Shown: in pieces, positions 9,510 through 19,824 of the stretch | Layout of the letters: each line of letters starts with the position of its first letter | How positions within the stretch are numbered: the first letter of the stretch is position 1 | NCBI GenBank assembly: GCA_016777125.1 | Contig: JADHSC010000003.1 | Location: 15,164 to 79,163 of the forward strand | From: Candidatus Poseidoniaceae archaeon | GTDB lineage: Archaea; Thermoplasmatota; Poseidoniia; Poseidoniales; Poseidoniaceae | Length of the DNA stretch: 64,000 bases | Reading direction: 5' to 3' | Translations under genes and position numbers: made by a program | Notes under the pieces: generated by a model | What the model saw: only the letters and a program-made list of their open reading frames with translations | Told to the model about the DNA's origin: nothing | Database searches by the model: none

Positions 9510-11171
9510 TTATTCTTCCTCAATCAATTCGAACGTGTTGAAGAATTCATCAATATCGATGACGCCATTTTCATCCGAATCTACATTGTGGAAAATGATT
9601 CTTGATTCGTCCGAAGTAAACGAGAACCCGAGTGCAGAAAGAGCATTTTGGAATTCTCGACAAGTCAAATGATTCTTGCCTCCAAAATCAGCCGCATGGA
9701 AAACTGAAAGTCTCTTCTCATGTTCCGTTTCCGATGTAAATTTGAATTGATTTTTGAATGTGCTAAGGGGTGTCGTTGAAACGGTCGCATGCTTCTTCCC
9801 ATACAGATAGTACGTGATCGAGCCCACCAGGATTGCTGCACCGCCTCCGATGAAGGCTTTCTGTCCAATAAATGTCAGCAAGAAAGCTCCTGCAACAACA
9901 CCCCATATTTGCATGAATGGGTACAGGAGTCCTTTGTATGAAGGATTCCAATCGTGTTCTTTACTGGTTTGTCGTAGAATAATCACACATGAGTTGATCA
10001 TTATGAAAATCATAATCTTGAATCCAGAAGCCAACTTAACGACATCCTTCAACGGCACGAATAAAATCGCAAGACCCATGGCCACACCCGTGATGAGGAT
10101 TGGGAAATGTGGAGTTTCAAATCGTGCGTTGACGTCTTCAAGTGCTTGAGGCAGAAGGTTGTCACGAGACATTGCAAAGAGGAATCGGGATGATGCAAGA
10201 ATTCCTGCAAGAGCCATGGAAATCATTGTTAGAACAGAAATAATCGCAGCAAAAATACCAAACTTCGTCCCAGCCACTTCCTCTGCAAATATGAATATAG
10301 GATTTTCAACGACTTCGCCATTCGGATCAAGCCACCATTCACCAGGTATAGCAGCCATCATGAGGAAGGCTATTGCTGAATACAACACTGTTGCAATCAA
10401 AAGAGACAGCATGATACCTGCTGGAAGATTCTTCTCTGGGTTTTTGACTTCTCCTCCAATCGCTGCAACTTTCGTAACACCCGCATAGGCTACGAAGACA
10501 AACGCTGTAGCCTCTGCTAGAGACCAGACGTCTGTATTGAGTGCGCCATCAATTGGGCGACTCATATCAAAATCATCAACAAAAAATGCTGCTGCACAGA
10601 TGAACAGAAGGAGAGATACGGTTACGATAACGACTGGAGTTTGAATCGCTTTGACCTTTTTGACACCGAGTAGATTCACAATTGTAATCAGAACTAACGC
10701 ACTCAGTGATAACACCAATATGTCCATTTCAATGTCAAAATATGTTGTTACAACAACAAAATATGCAGAGAATCCAATCAAGGCAAATGCAGATTTCAAA
10801 AGAAAAGATGTCCAAAGCCCTAGTCCGCTAATGGTACCAATAAGTGGACCATATGTGCGTTCCATGTAAACGTATGAACCTCCACTTGATGGCATTCCTG
10901 AGGCCAATTCTGATTTGGAGATTGCAGCAGGTAAGACCACTGATGCTGCTAGAAGGAATGCGAGCCAAATCCCCGGACCCATGATTTCAGCGGCAAACGT
11001 TGGAGTAATGAAAATACCAGGAAGCATTGCAGAGAGGGAAATGATCACGACACCAGCCAAACCGATTGTTCGGCTTAGTGCATTCTTGATTCGCTCTGGA
11101 ACTTTCTCAAGTAAAGCATCAACATGGGAATTAACAAGAACAGAACTTGGACGAATCGTTCCCATATGCAT
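9510..11171 (-). CDS. APC-superfamily amino-acid/polyamine permease with a C-terminal cytoplasmic EF-hand domain.
   Basis: About 12 predicted TM helices with APC-like composition. C-terminal segment DSDENGVIDIDEF fits a canonical 12-residue EF-hand loop. A second degenerate loop lies upstream (ADFGGKNHLTCREF). Confidence 0.6.
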   Translation of the reverse strand: MHMGTIRPSSVLVNSHVDALLEKVPERIKNALSRTIGLAGVVIISLSAMLPGIFITPTFAAEIMGPGIWLAFLLAASVVLPAAISKSELASGMPSSGGSYVYMERTYGPLIGTISGLGLWTSFLLKSAFALIGFSAYFVVVTTYFDIEMDILVLSLSALVLITIVNLLGVKKVKAIQTPVVIVTVSLLLFICAAAFFVDDFDMSRPIDGALNTDVWSLAEATAFVFVAYAGVTKVAAIGGEVKNPEKNLPAGIMLSLLIATVLYSAIAFLMMAAIPGEWWLDPNGEVVENPIFIFAEEVAGTKFGIFAAIISVLTMISMALAGILASSRFLFAMSRDNLLPQALEDVNARFETPHFPILITGVAMGLAILFVPLKDVVKLASGFKIMIFIMINSCVIILRQTSKEHDWNPSYKGLLYPFMQIWGVVAGAFLLTFIGQKAFIGGGAAILVGSITYYLYGKKHATVSTTPLSTFKNQFKFTSETEHEKRLSVFHAADFGGKNHLTCREFQNALSALGFSFTSDESRIIFHNVDSDENGVIDIDEFFNTFELIEEE

Positions 11172-11257
11172 TACCCCCTGATTCCGACAATAAAAAGCGG
11201 TATGATTGACCTCAAGAGCACTCGGATTATATTTACTTGCCTTTATTTCATATACAT

Positions 11258-11276
11258 GTTACCGAATTGCGGTAAC
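11258..11276 (-). terminator. Candidate terminator hairpin immediately 3' of the LigB-RidA gene.
   Basis: Perfect inverted repeat GTTACCG-aattg-CGGTAAC touching the stop codon. Oligo-T tracts follow on the coding strand. Confidence 0.3.
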
Positions 11277-12673
11277 TATATCTTGGCGATAACCTTCATT
11301 TCAACAGCGATAGGCGTTGGTAAGGCGCGAATGGCTAGAGTCGTCCTTGTTGGCCCATAGTGACCAAGCGTTTCAGCCCAGACCTCATTGTAGCCTGCGA
11401 AATCTCGATCCATGTCCACTAAAAATGAAGTCACATCGACAATCTTGTCCATTGATGAACCTGCTTCTTCTAAGATTCGTGCGATGTTTTCTACAACTGC
11501 TCGTGTTTGCGCTTTGATATCATATTCGATAGGTTTTCCATCATCATCTCGAATAGGACCGCCTGGGATTGCATTTGTACCGGGTTGCCGTGGACCAACA
11601 CCTGAAAGATAGAGTAAATCTCCTACTTGACGAGCATGCGGATACATGCCAACTGGTTTAGGGGCAGCTTTGCTGTTCACCGCACCTTGACTCTCAGGAG
11701 GTTCCCAAAGCGCAGGGCCTGTTTGAGGGGTCAATGGTTCATCCGATTCAGTGGAATGCTCTTCTGCATCGAGAACATTTCGCTCACCTCTGTAGTATTC
11801 AACATCGTCCTCATCGTATTCCTTATCGCCCATTCCAGTTGAGGTCGGATCGAGTTGGACAACAGCACCACCTGCTCCATGAAGTGCCTCGTAGGCAAGG
11901 ACACGTCCTGTGAGATTGTTTCGGTTACCGTTCATTGCTGAGAGCCACCACATCGGTTTGAATGTGACAACTTTTTGAACGCGTATTTGTTGATGTATTG
12001 TTCTTGATAATTGAGCAACATCTTCGAGACGACCCTCTTCGAGGAACTCCAATACTTTACGATTCCATTCATCGTCCTTCAACGAGTGAATGCGATCATC
12101 AGATGGGTCGATGAATTCGGTAAACATCCGATTAGACATTGACATCGCAGTGACAGCCACGGCTTTACGTCCAGTCTTTTTGATAACATCGAGACATGCC
12201 TTTGCTAGAACAGTTGTTTCTGAACGATTCGCATAAACGTTTGATGATACGATGACAGCGGGAATTGCATTGTCAGGATTGAGGAGTTTAAGTGCAACAA
12301 CAGACCCTACATCGATAGGAAAACCGTGGTATGCAACGGTTCTGCTTTGAAGACCACGATTGTGATTGGCTGCATTCCATGCTTCAGCAAATTCAGCATC
12401 GATATTGAATGAATAGTCCATCGACCCAAGATCATGGAAATCCTGATCCACGAGTGTCCATTGAGGATTAGGATCCGCTTGTATTTGATGACCAATGATG
12501 CTTGGCCAAGTTGTCGAATAGATGATGAGAAGATCTGCACCGCTTTCTTTGATTGCATCTCTGGCTTCATCAAAGGCAGCTCGAAGTCGGCCCCACCCTT
12601 CGTTCTGTTCTGGAACAAGAAGTGGATGTGGATGAACTGGAACAACATAGGAACCAACAAGAGAACCGTTCAT
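11276..12673 (-). CDS. Fusion protein. N-terminal LigB/AmnA-like class III extradiol dioxygenase subunit (non-catalytic paralog?). C-terminal RidA/YjgF-family (AmnD-like) deaminase domain.
   Basis: N-terminal part is paralogous to the adjacent LigB-family protein (shared VPVHPHPLLV versus CLAPHPPHLV region). The last ~125 aa, ending PTRTTLAIRALPTPIAVEMKVIAKI, match the RidA/YjgF fold signature. 4-nt ATGA overlap with the upstream gene. Confidence 0.55.
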   Translation of the reverse strand: MNGSLVGSYVVPVHPHPLLVPEQNEGWGRLRAAFDEARDAIKESGADLLIIYSTTWPSIIGHQIQADPNPQWTLVDQDFHDLGSMDYSFNIDAEFAEAWNAANHNRGLQSRTVAYHGFPIDVGSVVALKLLNPDNAIPAVIVSSNVYANRSETTVLAKACLDVIKKTGRKAVAVTAMSMSNRMFTEFIDPSDDRIHSLKDDEWNRKVLEFLEEGRLEDVAQLSRTIHQQIRVQKVVTFKPMWWLSAMNGNRNNLTGRVLAYEALHGAGGAVVQLDPTSTGMGDKEYDEDDVEYYRGERNVLDAEEHSTESDEPLTPQTGPALWEPPESQGAVNSKAAPKPVGMYPHARQVGDLLYLSGVGPRQPGTNAIPGGPIRDDDGKPIEYDIKAQTRAVVENIARILEEAGSSMDKIVDVTSFLVDMDRDFAGYNEVWAETLGHYGPTRTTLAIRALPTPIAVEMKVIAKI

Positions 12674-13629
12674 TGTACATCACCCTCGTGTGCATAGCAA
12701 GGCCATTCGACAATCGCATTACCAGTTCCTATAATCGTTCCATATCCATGCAGGATGGCCGGATAGTCAGGAACCGATAACGTACTGAGAAGCCACGTTA
12801 AGCCGCCCCCATCAGATTCTGCAATCGCTTGTTCAGTAAATTCAGGCATTTCATCAAGAATTCGCTGAGCCTGTCCAGTTCGCATGTAATCGATAATCCG
12901 CATGTCCCACAAATGCATTGCATGACTGGCAATGTGCTCTTTACTCATATCTTCTGGAACCTCAGATTCAGTGGTAAAATGACGGTGTGAAAGAGAATTT
13001 GAAGCAAGAATAACGGCTTTCTTACCGCTTTCTTCAATCGCTTCTCTGGTAACTCGTCCAAGTTCCATCATCATTTCTTGCATAACTTCGACCGAATAGT
13101 AATGCGTCGAACGGTTTGAAGAAATAACCACTAAGGGTTTGTCGAATGCTGGATTCACCATGTGTCCTGTGGTGATTGTACCGTAATCCACACGGAAATC
13201 TGGATTCTCCATCATCTTTACAGCAAGACCCGACCCCTTTGCTTTGTCATGAATCGCCTGACTTAATTCGACATCGATGTTCATATCGTAGTTGTAACGA
13301 AACAGATTTGGGAAAACGGGATCCACCGATAATCCTTCGAAATGAGGTATTCCAAGGAAATGTGTACCTACATATGTTTGCCAATGAGGCGAAAGCAAGA
13401 CAAGCACGTCATGATCAATCTTAGATAGAGATTCTCGAAGACGTTCATATCCCCAACGTAATTGCTCCCAACCTCCTTCGGAAGTTGGTTCATTCTGTGG
13501 AGGGTTTTCTGCATAAACGAGGTGAGGAGGGTGAGGGGCTAGACAGCCTGCTACAATCGAACCTTTCGCCATGAGTGTCGGTGGAAGTTCCGTCATATGG
13601 ATGCATCGCTGCCAGATGCCAAGACTCAA
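12670..13629 (-). CDS. LigB-family (class III) extradiol ring-cleavage dioxygenase catalytic subunit, AmnB/LigB-like.
   Basis: 319 aa. His-containing N-terminal motif GCLAPHPPHLV and a later SNSLSHRH motif. Overall similarity pattern to 2-aminophenol or protocatechuate 4,5-dioxygenase beta subunits. Confidence 0.55.
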   Translation of the reverse strand: MSLGIWQRCIHMTELPPTLMAKGSIVAGCLAPHPPHLVYAENPPQNEPTSEGGWEQLRWGYERLRESLSKIDHDVLVLLSPHWQTYVGTHFLGIPHFEGLSVDPVFPNLFRYNYDMNIDVELSQAIHDKAKGSGLAVKMMENPDFRVDYGTITTGHMVNPAFDKPLVVISSNRSTHYYSVEVMQEMMMELGRVTREAIEESGKKAVILASNSLSHRHFTTESEVPEDMSKEHIASHAMHLWDMRIIDYMRTGQAQRILDEMPEFTEQAIAESDGGGLTWLLSTLSVPDYPAILHGYGTIIGTGNAIVEWPCYAHEGDVQ

Positions 13630-13653
13630 ACGAGGAAAGCATAACCATCACAC

Positions 13654-14181
13654 ATGGGAGAAGAGGATGTGGACACTTCTGAGTCAATTCCCATCAATGA
13701 ATCCGAGCCCTCTCTGGTTGTTGAAGAGCATTCTACACCTGTATCAGAAAGTGAAATCTTCAAGGATATGCTTCGACATATGATGGCTCCGCTCATCCTT
13801 GGAATGCTCTTTGGATCGATCTGGCAAATCGTAGTTATGCCGAAGGTTGACTTTTTTCCAAATCCCGTCCATGGTTCATTCATGATCTACCTTGTACTCT
13901 CTCCATTGATTTACAAATTCCTCGTCGGGCAAGAGATGAATCGTGCCAAGGAGTATGCATTAGGAGTACTATCTGTAGCAATCGTCCTATCAGTGGTTTG
14001 GATTCTCCCCCAACAATCATCCTTGTACTGTGGCGTTTTTTTGACGGGAATCGCTTGGCTATGGTTGAGTTCATTCTGGTTACAGTTTGAATTCCCACCG
14101 TTCCGATACGGCTTATGGCATGCAATTGCAGTCAACATAGGAGCCTTTGGAGGAAGTGTCCTCACGTACATCTACATCTGA
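13654..14181 (+). CDS. Hypothetical membrane protein with an acidic N-terminus and about 4 TM helices.
   Basis: Long ORF that fills an otherwise empty gap. Hydrophobic helices present. No recognisable family. Confidence 0.35.
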   Translation: MGEEDVDTSESIPINESEPSLVVEEHSTPVSESEIFKDMLRHMMAPLILGMLFGSIWQIVVMPKVDFFPNPVHGSFMIYLVLSPLIYKFLVGQEMNRAKEYALGVLSVAIVLSVVWILPQQSSLYCGVFLTGIAWLWLSSFWLQFEFPPFRYGLWHAIAVNIGAFGGSVLTYIYI

Positions 14182-15003
14182 TCAAGATGTATAAGATTCA
14201 GATTCGCTCGGGAAGTCGCCTGAACGAACATCATCGCAATACGAGCGAATTGCAGCATCAATATCCTCTGCAAGATTGAGATATCGGCGTAAGAAACGTG
14301 GTGAGAAATCCATTGTGATTCCAAGCAGATCGTGCAGAACGAGAACTTGTCCATCACAATGAGGCCCTGCGCCAATTCCAATCACTGGAATTGTCAATTC
14401 CTGTTGAACTCTTTGAGCCAAATCTTTCGGGATTTTTTCGAGAACAATGGCAAAGCAACCAGCCTTTTCCAATAACTTAGCATCTTCAATGAGTTTGTCT
14501 GCTTCCTCGTCTTCCTTTGCTCGTACTGAATAGGTACCAAACTTGTAGATGCTTTGTGGTGTAAGACCGAGATGACCCATGACCGGAATTCCAGCTGTAA
14601 GGATACGTTCAATCGATTCAACGATTTCAGAACCACCTTCGAGTTTGACAGCATGTCCTTCTGCTTCTTTCATAATCCGAACTGCTGAGTCAAGAGCGAG
14701 GCGGGAGTTTCCTTGATAGGAACCAAATGGCATATCCACGACGATAAGGGCTCGATCAACTGCTCGTTGAACACACTGAGCGTGATAGATCATATGGTCG
14801 AGTGTCATTGGAACCGTTGTGACTTGTCCAGCCATGACATTTGATGCTGAATCACCAACAAGAATCACGTCGACACCTGCTCCATCAACAAGACGAGCAA
14901 GTGAATAATCATATGCAGTAAGCATAGTGATTGGTTCTTTGACTCGCTTCATTTCTTGCAAGGTATGTGTTGTTACCTTGGTTGCTTTTCCATGAATTGA
15001 CAT
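14182..15003 (-). CDS. panB: 3-methyl-2-oxobutanoate hydroxymethyltransferase (ketopantoate hydroxymethyltransferase).
   Basis: [34 protein letters not shown] and full-length PanB TIM-barrel signature. Confidence 0.85.
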   Translation of the reverse strand: MSIHGKATKVTTHTLQEMKRVKEPITMLTAYDYSLARLVDGAGVDVILVGDSASNVMAGQVTTVPMTLDHMIYHAQCVQRAVDRALIVVDMPFGSYQGNSRLALDSAVRIMKEAEGHAVKLEGGSEIVESIERILTAGIPVMGHLGLTPQSIYKFGTYSVRAKEDEEADKLIEDAKLLEKAGCFAIVLEKIPKDLAQRVQQELTIPVIGIGAGPHCDGQVLVLHDLLGITMDFSPRFLRRYLNLAEDIDAAIRSYCDDVRSGDFPSESESYTS

Positions 15004-15057
15004 AGGTCTCCCTCATGTTTCCGATTGGCTTCAACGTTTCAAAGTCTCGCTATGAAT

Positions 15058-16503
15058 TTAATCATGTTTAATGCAAACATTGAGGGGTTCTGAGAAGAAT
15101 CCGAGACTCCAGCTGCCACCTTCGCGACCAACTCCAGAATGCTTCACTCCACCGAATGGTGTTCGTAAATCTCGATGCAGCCATGTGTTAATCCAGATGA
15201 TACCTGTATCGATTTTCTGTGCAATGGAATGTCCACGCTCTGTATCTCGGGTCCAAATAGATCCGGCTAAACCATAATCAGTCGCATTTGCCATCTCGAT
15301 GGCTTCTTCATCTGATGAGAAACGATGAATGGTTACAACAGGACCAAAGATTTCTTCTCGAGCAGTCCTGGACAGATGAGACAAGCCCGAAATCAAGGTT
15401 GGTCGAAGAAACGCTCCTTCAGGTGTAGGACCGGGAGGACCTGTCATTTCTCTTGTCCCTCCAGTTAGAATCGTTCCACCTTCCTGGATTGCCAAGTTGA
15501 TGTACGATTCCACCTTCTCTACATGGGCCATATTGATCAAAGCACCAACTTGAGTTTCCGGGTGGTTCGGATCACCACATTTCATTGCCGAGACCTGAGC
15601 CACGAGATGTTGTGTAAATTCGTCTGCAATCGATTCATGAACAAGGATTCTTGAACCACAAAGACAGACCTGTCCCGAGTTCGTTAAACCTGCACGGATT
15701 GCTCCTTGAACTGCTTGATTCATTTCAGCATCATCAAGAATGATCGTTGCATTTTTACCACCTAACTCCAATGACAATTTCTTGAACATTGGTGCGGCGG
15801 TTGCAGCAACATGCCGTCCTGTAGCAGTGCCCCCCGTAAATGAAATCGCTTTGATACCTTCATGCTCAAGAATCTGTTGACCAACTTCTGGACCGTATCC
15901 GTTGACGATGTTCAAGACACCATCTGGCAATCCAATCTCTTGACAGACTTCTGCAAGCAAATGTGCTGTTAACGGTGTCAATTCACTGGGTTTTGCTACA
16001 ATGACATTTCCCATGAGAAGAGCGGGTGCTACTTTCCAACTCAAGAGATACAAAGGCAGATTCCATGGAGTAATCAGGCCAACAATACCGATTGGTCGTC
16101 GATGAACAATATTTGTTGCGTCCTCCATTTCGAAGACAAGATCTTCCTGTTCACGAGAAAAATCGGCAAAGAAACGAAAATTCTCAACCGAACGCTTCGC
16201 ATCAACCCGTTGTGCCAGAGAAAATGGTTTTCCCGTATCCAAAGACTCTCTTCGTGCCAGTTCTTCGCTTCGTGATTCGAGAGCATCTGCGATGGCTTCC
16301 AGCCAATCTGCTCGGTCATCGAGTGTCAAATCAGCCCATTCATGCTGGGCGACACGCGCTGCAGCTACTGCACGATATACATCGGGTTGTTTGGAACGGG
16401 GAATCGTTCCGATGAGTTGTCCAGTTGCTGGAGCAAGATTCTCAAGTGTCGCGTGATCAACTGCATCAACGAATTCTCCACCGATGAAATTCTGAACATT
16501 CAT
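15058..16503 (-). CDS. NAD(P)-dependent aldehyde dehydrogenase, possibly a (2-amino/2-hydroxy)muconic semialdehyde dehydrogenase.
   Basis: ITPWNLPL, ELGGKNA (catalytic Glu) and GQVCLCGSR (catalytic Cys) motifs. 481 aa. Confidence 0.8.
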   Translation of the reverse strand: MNVQNFIGGEFVDAVDHATLENLAPATGQLIGTIPRSKQPDVYRAVAAARVAQHEWADLTLDDRADWLEAIADALESRSEELARRESLDTGKPFSLAQRVDAKRSVENFRFFADFSREQEDLVFEMEDATNIVHRRPIGIVGLITPWNLPLYLLSWKVAPALLMGNVIVAKPSELTPLTAHLLAEVCQEIGLPDGVLNIVNGYGPEVGQQILEHEGIKAISFTGGTATGRHVAATAAPMFKKLSLELGGKNATIILDDAEMNQAVQGAIRAGLTNSGQVCLCGSRILVHESIADEFTQHLVAQVSAMKCGDPNHPETQVGALINMAHVEKVESYINLAIQEGGTILTGGTREMTGPPGPTPEGAFLRPTLISGLSHLSRTAREEIFGPVVTIHRFSSDEEAIEMANATDYGLAGSIWTRDTERGHSIAQKIDTGIIWINTWLHRDLRTPFGGVKHSGVGREGGSWSLGFFSEPLNVCIKHD

Positions 16504-17627
16504 TCCTTCACCTCTGGGTCATAGATCCAGCGGTCTTGATCAGGGTCCCATTCATCCCATGTAGGAATTGTTTCGAGAACAGAGTGGTATTTGTCGGGAA
16601 CAATTCCCGGAACGATGAATGCTTTTTGTCGATGCAATGGATATGGATTACGTAGATCAATTCCAAGAACACCTAGAACAGCACGAGCAACATACCATGT
16701 TGCTTGAGCATTCCAACCATGTGCAATTTTAACCACAATTCCAAGACCTTTTGGATAATCTGGATGTTCAATGGCAAGACCAAGTAATCCATCCGCTCCT
16801 TCTTTTGCAATCACGGTACCTGCTCCTGCTTTGAGAATGGTTGAATCGAGTCGATTAAATCCACCGACAAGATCAGGATGCCGTACCATGGATTCCCAAA
16901 TCCAATCAGCGTCTTTGTCTCGCACAAGACCTGCGTAAATCTGGGCTAATTCAGCAACAGTGTTGGAAACAGTGGGCAAACCACAGCCGTCTTTAGCGAT
17001 ACGCATTGGTGTCCAATCCTCGCCAAGAAATCTACGGATCTGTTCCATATAGGCTTCAAAAACAGGGTGATTCGGAAGTGTATATCCAGCGCGATTCCAT
17101 CCCTTTTCTCGACAACCTCGAAGAATCGCGGCATGCTCTCCAGAGCAGGTGTGATACCAGCGGCGAGGCCGACGGACTTGACGACCAAATTGAATCAAAG
17201 GAACATCTAACGGTGTCAGCATAAGCGGCCATTCAGATTCCGAAAGTAGGGATTGTGCTGCTGCTACGTGTTCGGTATCGCCGTTATGACTTGCAACCGC
17301 TATCGCTTTTTGCTCCCAAGTGAAAGGATCGAGTTCCTTAACGAAGGCTTTGAGCATGAACGGTTTCATCATCGAACGCCCGTAACAGAGAACATTTCCT
17401 CCAAACGAATGAATGACTTCATCACCATGCGCCCATGCTACTGCTCCATGAATCGTCGTTTCAGAAACACCATTTCGACGATAGTCAACCAAGGGCTCCC
17501 AATCGACATCTCTCCCAGTTGGGATTCCATCGACTTGTTCCCCGAGTGGAGAATTTGGAAATAATCCGCTGCCTGGTTGACCTGGCTTTACTGCCGAGTG
17601 TGAGTGATGTTGAATTCCCATATTCAT
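16500..17627 (-). CDS. Asparaginase-II-family (Rhizobium-type L-asparaginase, PF06089-like) protein.
   Basis: VASHNGDTEHV and YHTCSGEHAAIL motifs are characteristic of this family. 4-nt overlap with the downstream ALDH. Confidence 0.5.
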   Translation of the reverse strand: MNMGIQHHSHSAVKPGQPGSGLFPNSPLGEQVDGIPTGRDVDWEPLVDYRRNGVSETTIHGAVAWAHGDEVIHSFGGNVLCYGRSMMKPFMLKAFVKELDPFTWEQKAIAVASHNGDTEHVAAAQSLLSESEWPLMLTPLDVPLIQFGRQVRRPRRWYHTCSGEHAAILRGCREKGWNRAGYTLPNHPVFEAYMEQIRRFLGEDWTPMRIAKDGCGLPTVSNTVAELAQIYAGLVRDKDADWIWESMVRHPDLVGGFNRLDSTILKAGAGTVIAKEGADGLLGLAIEHPDYPKGLGIVVKIAHGWNAQATWYVARAVLGVLGIDLRNPYPLHRQKAFIVPGIVPDKYHSVLETIPTWDEWDPDQDRWIYDPEVKE

Positions 17628-18883
17628 CCATCCTTGAGAAGTTCTTCAACGCGAGGAACTACTTTTTCCATGTAAGCGCGCATGTTACGACAAACACGAT
17701 CACTATCATGATTGAAGAAATCAAACCATGCCATTACTCGATCTTGTGGGTGGAAACGTTCGACCAATTGTTGAGCAACATCTTCGACATTTCCAATAAG
17801 TGCATTTTGAGCAGCATTTTGCACCTTTGTAGGATCAATTGTTCCTTCAAGGGCATTCCAATAAGCGCCTAGAGACAGATCTGCTTCACTGTGTGCTGCT
17901 GTTCGTTGCTCTTCAGAAGTTAATCCATCCTCATCATTAACGAATACGAAACTGGTTCGAGGCATATCTGAACGCTTCCATTCACCACCATCTGAATGGA
18001 AACATTGACGCATACGCTCATGTGTTGCATCGATGACTTCGGGTTGTGTAATGGAGAGATTAAACACACGAACGGGTAGATATTTATTGACAAAAACCTG
18101 GGCTTTAGGGTCATGAGTTCCTGCGACTAAGACCAATTGGTTACGATCAAATTTGTTCGGAACAATTCGAATGTCTTCGAACACATATCTTCGATCGATG
18201 GTTATTGAATCATCTTTCGAACCATGTGCATTCTGCACCTTTTCCCAATCGCCATCACTACGGAAATTATCACGCGTAAGTACTGTTGAGCGAATCTCAT
18301 CGGAGTGAACTACATCACCTCTGAGTAACCTCAAGAAGATTTCACTTGCTTCAAGGAATATCTGTCCACGCAGAGCTGGCCAAGCGGCTTCTTCGGTTGG
18401 AGTCCTTGGAACGATTCCATATGGCCGGGCCATGAATTCAAATCGTCCTGCAGAGAACCCAACGTGGAGTTTCCTCGTGTCGCCTTTGACAGCAAGAAGT
18501 TGCAATGTATTAGCGATACGTTCTGCTTGAGCAATCGGCCCACCTGATGCAAGAATTGACACAACTGCACTCCCTATTTCAATCCGGTTTGTCTGTCGAA
18601 AAGATTCCATAGCCAGTTGTGGGAAATCAGTACAGAGCCCAACCTCTCCTTTCCAGTGTGGAACCACAGGTCTGCTGTTTGATTTTTGAGTTTCAGTTGA
18701 AAGATGAGATTGTGCAATCCAGCCGACGCCAAATCCAAGTTCATCTGCAAGCGTAAGTTGCTGAAAGTAATTCTTGAACATGGTTTGCTCAGATGGGATA
18801 TGCCCTTCATGGTCTGGAGTTTGACTGATGGAGAAGAAAATATCGTGTTCCATGCCTCTCACCTGTTCTCTCCATGAAATCAA
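17624..18883 (-). CDS. Luciferase-like (LLM-class) flavin/F420-dependent oxidoreductase.
   Basis: TIM-barrel LLM signature LGFGVGWIAQSHL near the N-terminus. About 420 aa. 4-nt overlap with the next gene. Confidence 0.5.
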   Translation of the reverse strand: MISWREQVRGMEHDIFFSISQTPDHEGHIPSEQTMFKNYFQQLTLADELGFGVGWIAQSHLSTETQKSNSRPVVPHWKGEVGLCTDFPQLAMESFRQTNRIEIGSAVVSILASGGPIAQAERIANTLQLLAVKGDTRKLHVGFSAGRFEFMARPYGIVPRTPTEEAAWPALRGQIFLEASEIFLRLLRGDVVHSDEIRSTVLTRDNFRSDGDWEKVQNAHGSKDDSITIDRRYVFEDIRIVPNKFDRNQLVLVAGTHDPKAQVFVNKYLPVRVFNLSITQPEVIDATHERMRQCFHSDGGEWKRSDMPRTSFVFVNDEDGLTSEEQRTAAHSEADLSLGAYWNALEGTIDPTKVQNAAQNALIGNVEDVAQQLVERFHPQDRVMAWFDFFNHDSDRVCRNMRAYMEKVVPRVEELLKDG

Positions 18884-18913
18884 AGGACATAACCAGTTCG
18901 ACGCTCGTCTGAC

Positions 18914-19735
18914 CTATTTCTCAAGATTCGTTAACGCGTGTAGTCGTTCTTTCAAAAGGGGCGGAGTAGCGATTCCAAGTTGCATAAACAAGTGCATTGT
19001 GTCTGAAAGGAGGAGCAGGGCATCATCAAAGCGAGTCTCGATTTCTGCAAGATCTGCCAAACCCCAACTTGCAACAAGATGGCCTGCTGGATGTTCCATT
19101 GATTTCGCAATATCAAGACTCTCTTGATACATTTCAGAGGCTGTTGCAAGTTCACCAAGACTTGCTTGTGCATGAGCAACATCTGCCATTGCTTCCATTT
19201 GGAGGATATCATTTTGATTGTTGACGGCTAGTTCCAACCGTCGAGTATCGTGAATAATTGCCGTTTCCCAATCTTCATTCGCTCGAGCACAACGAGAAAG
19301 AACAGCCAATCCAAAGATGAGGCCTTCCTTATCCTCTAACTTCTCCCTTAATGTCAGTGAACGGCGTACAGACGCCTGAGCGCCATCAATTTCGTCGATT
19401 GAAAGAAGCATGAGAGCATGATGATGAAGAACTCCAGCTGCAAGAGCCTCACCATTTTCAATCGATTCCGCTTTGAAAGCAAGTTCCGCTACATCATCGA
19501 TGGATCCTTGATTTCGTTTCAACATCTCAAAATGCGCCCAACCTTTCTCAATATCGTCTTTAGCAACAACTCCAGCGTGTTCAACCAATTTCTGGAGAAG
19601 TTCGAAATCTCCTATCGATTCAACGAGAGGAAGAATTCCAAGAGCAAGGGAGGTGTTGATTGATTCCATGGCTCCTCCTTGAGTCAGCATTGAAACAATT
19701 TCTTGTGCTTGTTCAGGAGTAATCTCTTCCGCCAT
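18914..19735 (-). CDS. Hypothetical helical-repeat (TPR-like) protein.
   Basis: Alpha-helical repeat composition. No catalytic motifs. Confidence 0.3.
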   Translation of the reverse strand: MAEEITPEQAQEIVSMLTQGGAMESINTSLALGILPLVESIGDFELLQKLVEHAGVVAKDDIEKGWAHFEMLKRNQGSIDDVAELAFKAESIENGEALAAGVLHHHALMLLSIDEIDGAQASVRRSLTLREKLEDKEGLIFGLAVLSRCARANEDWETAIIHDTRRLELAVNNQNDILQMEAMADVAHAQASLGELATASEMYQESLDIAKSMEHPAGHLVASWGLADLAEIETRFDDALLLLSDTMHLFMQLGIATPPLLKERLHALTNLEK

Positions 19736-19824
19736 GACGTGGCCATAATCAACCGCGTCAAGAACCTATGGATTCTGCTGCTGAAGGGCTGTATATTGAT
19801 AATGTAGAGTTATCACAACAAACT

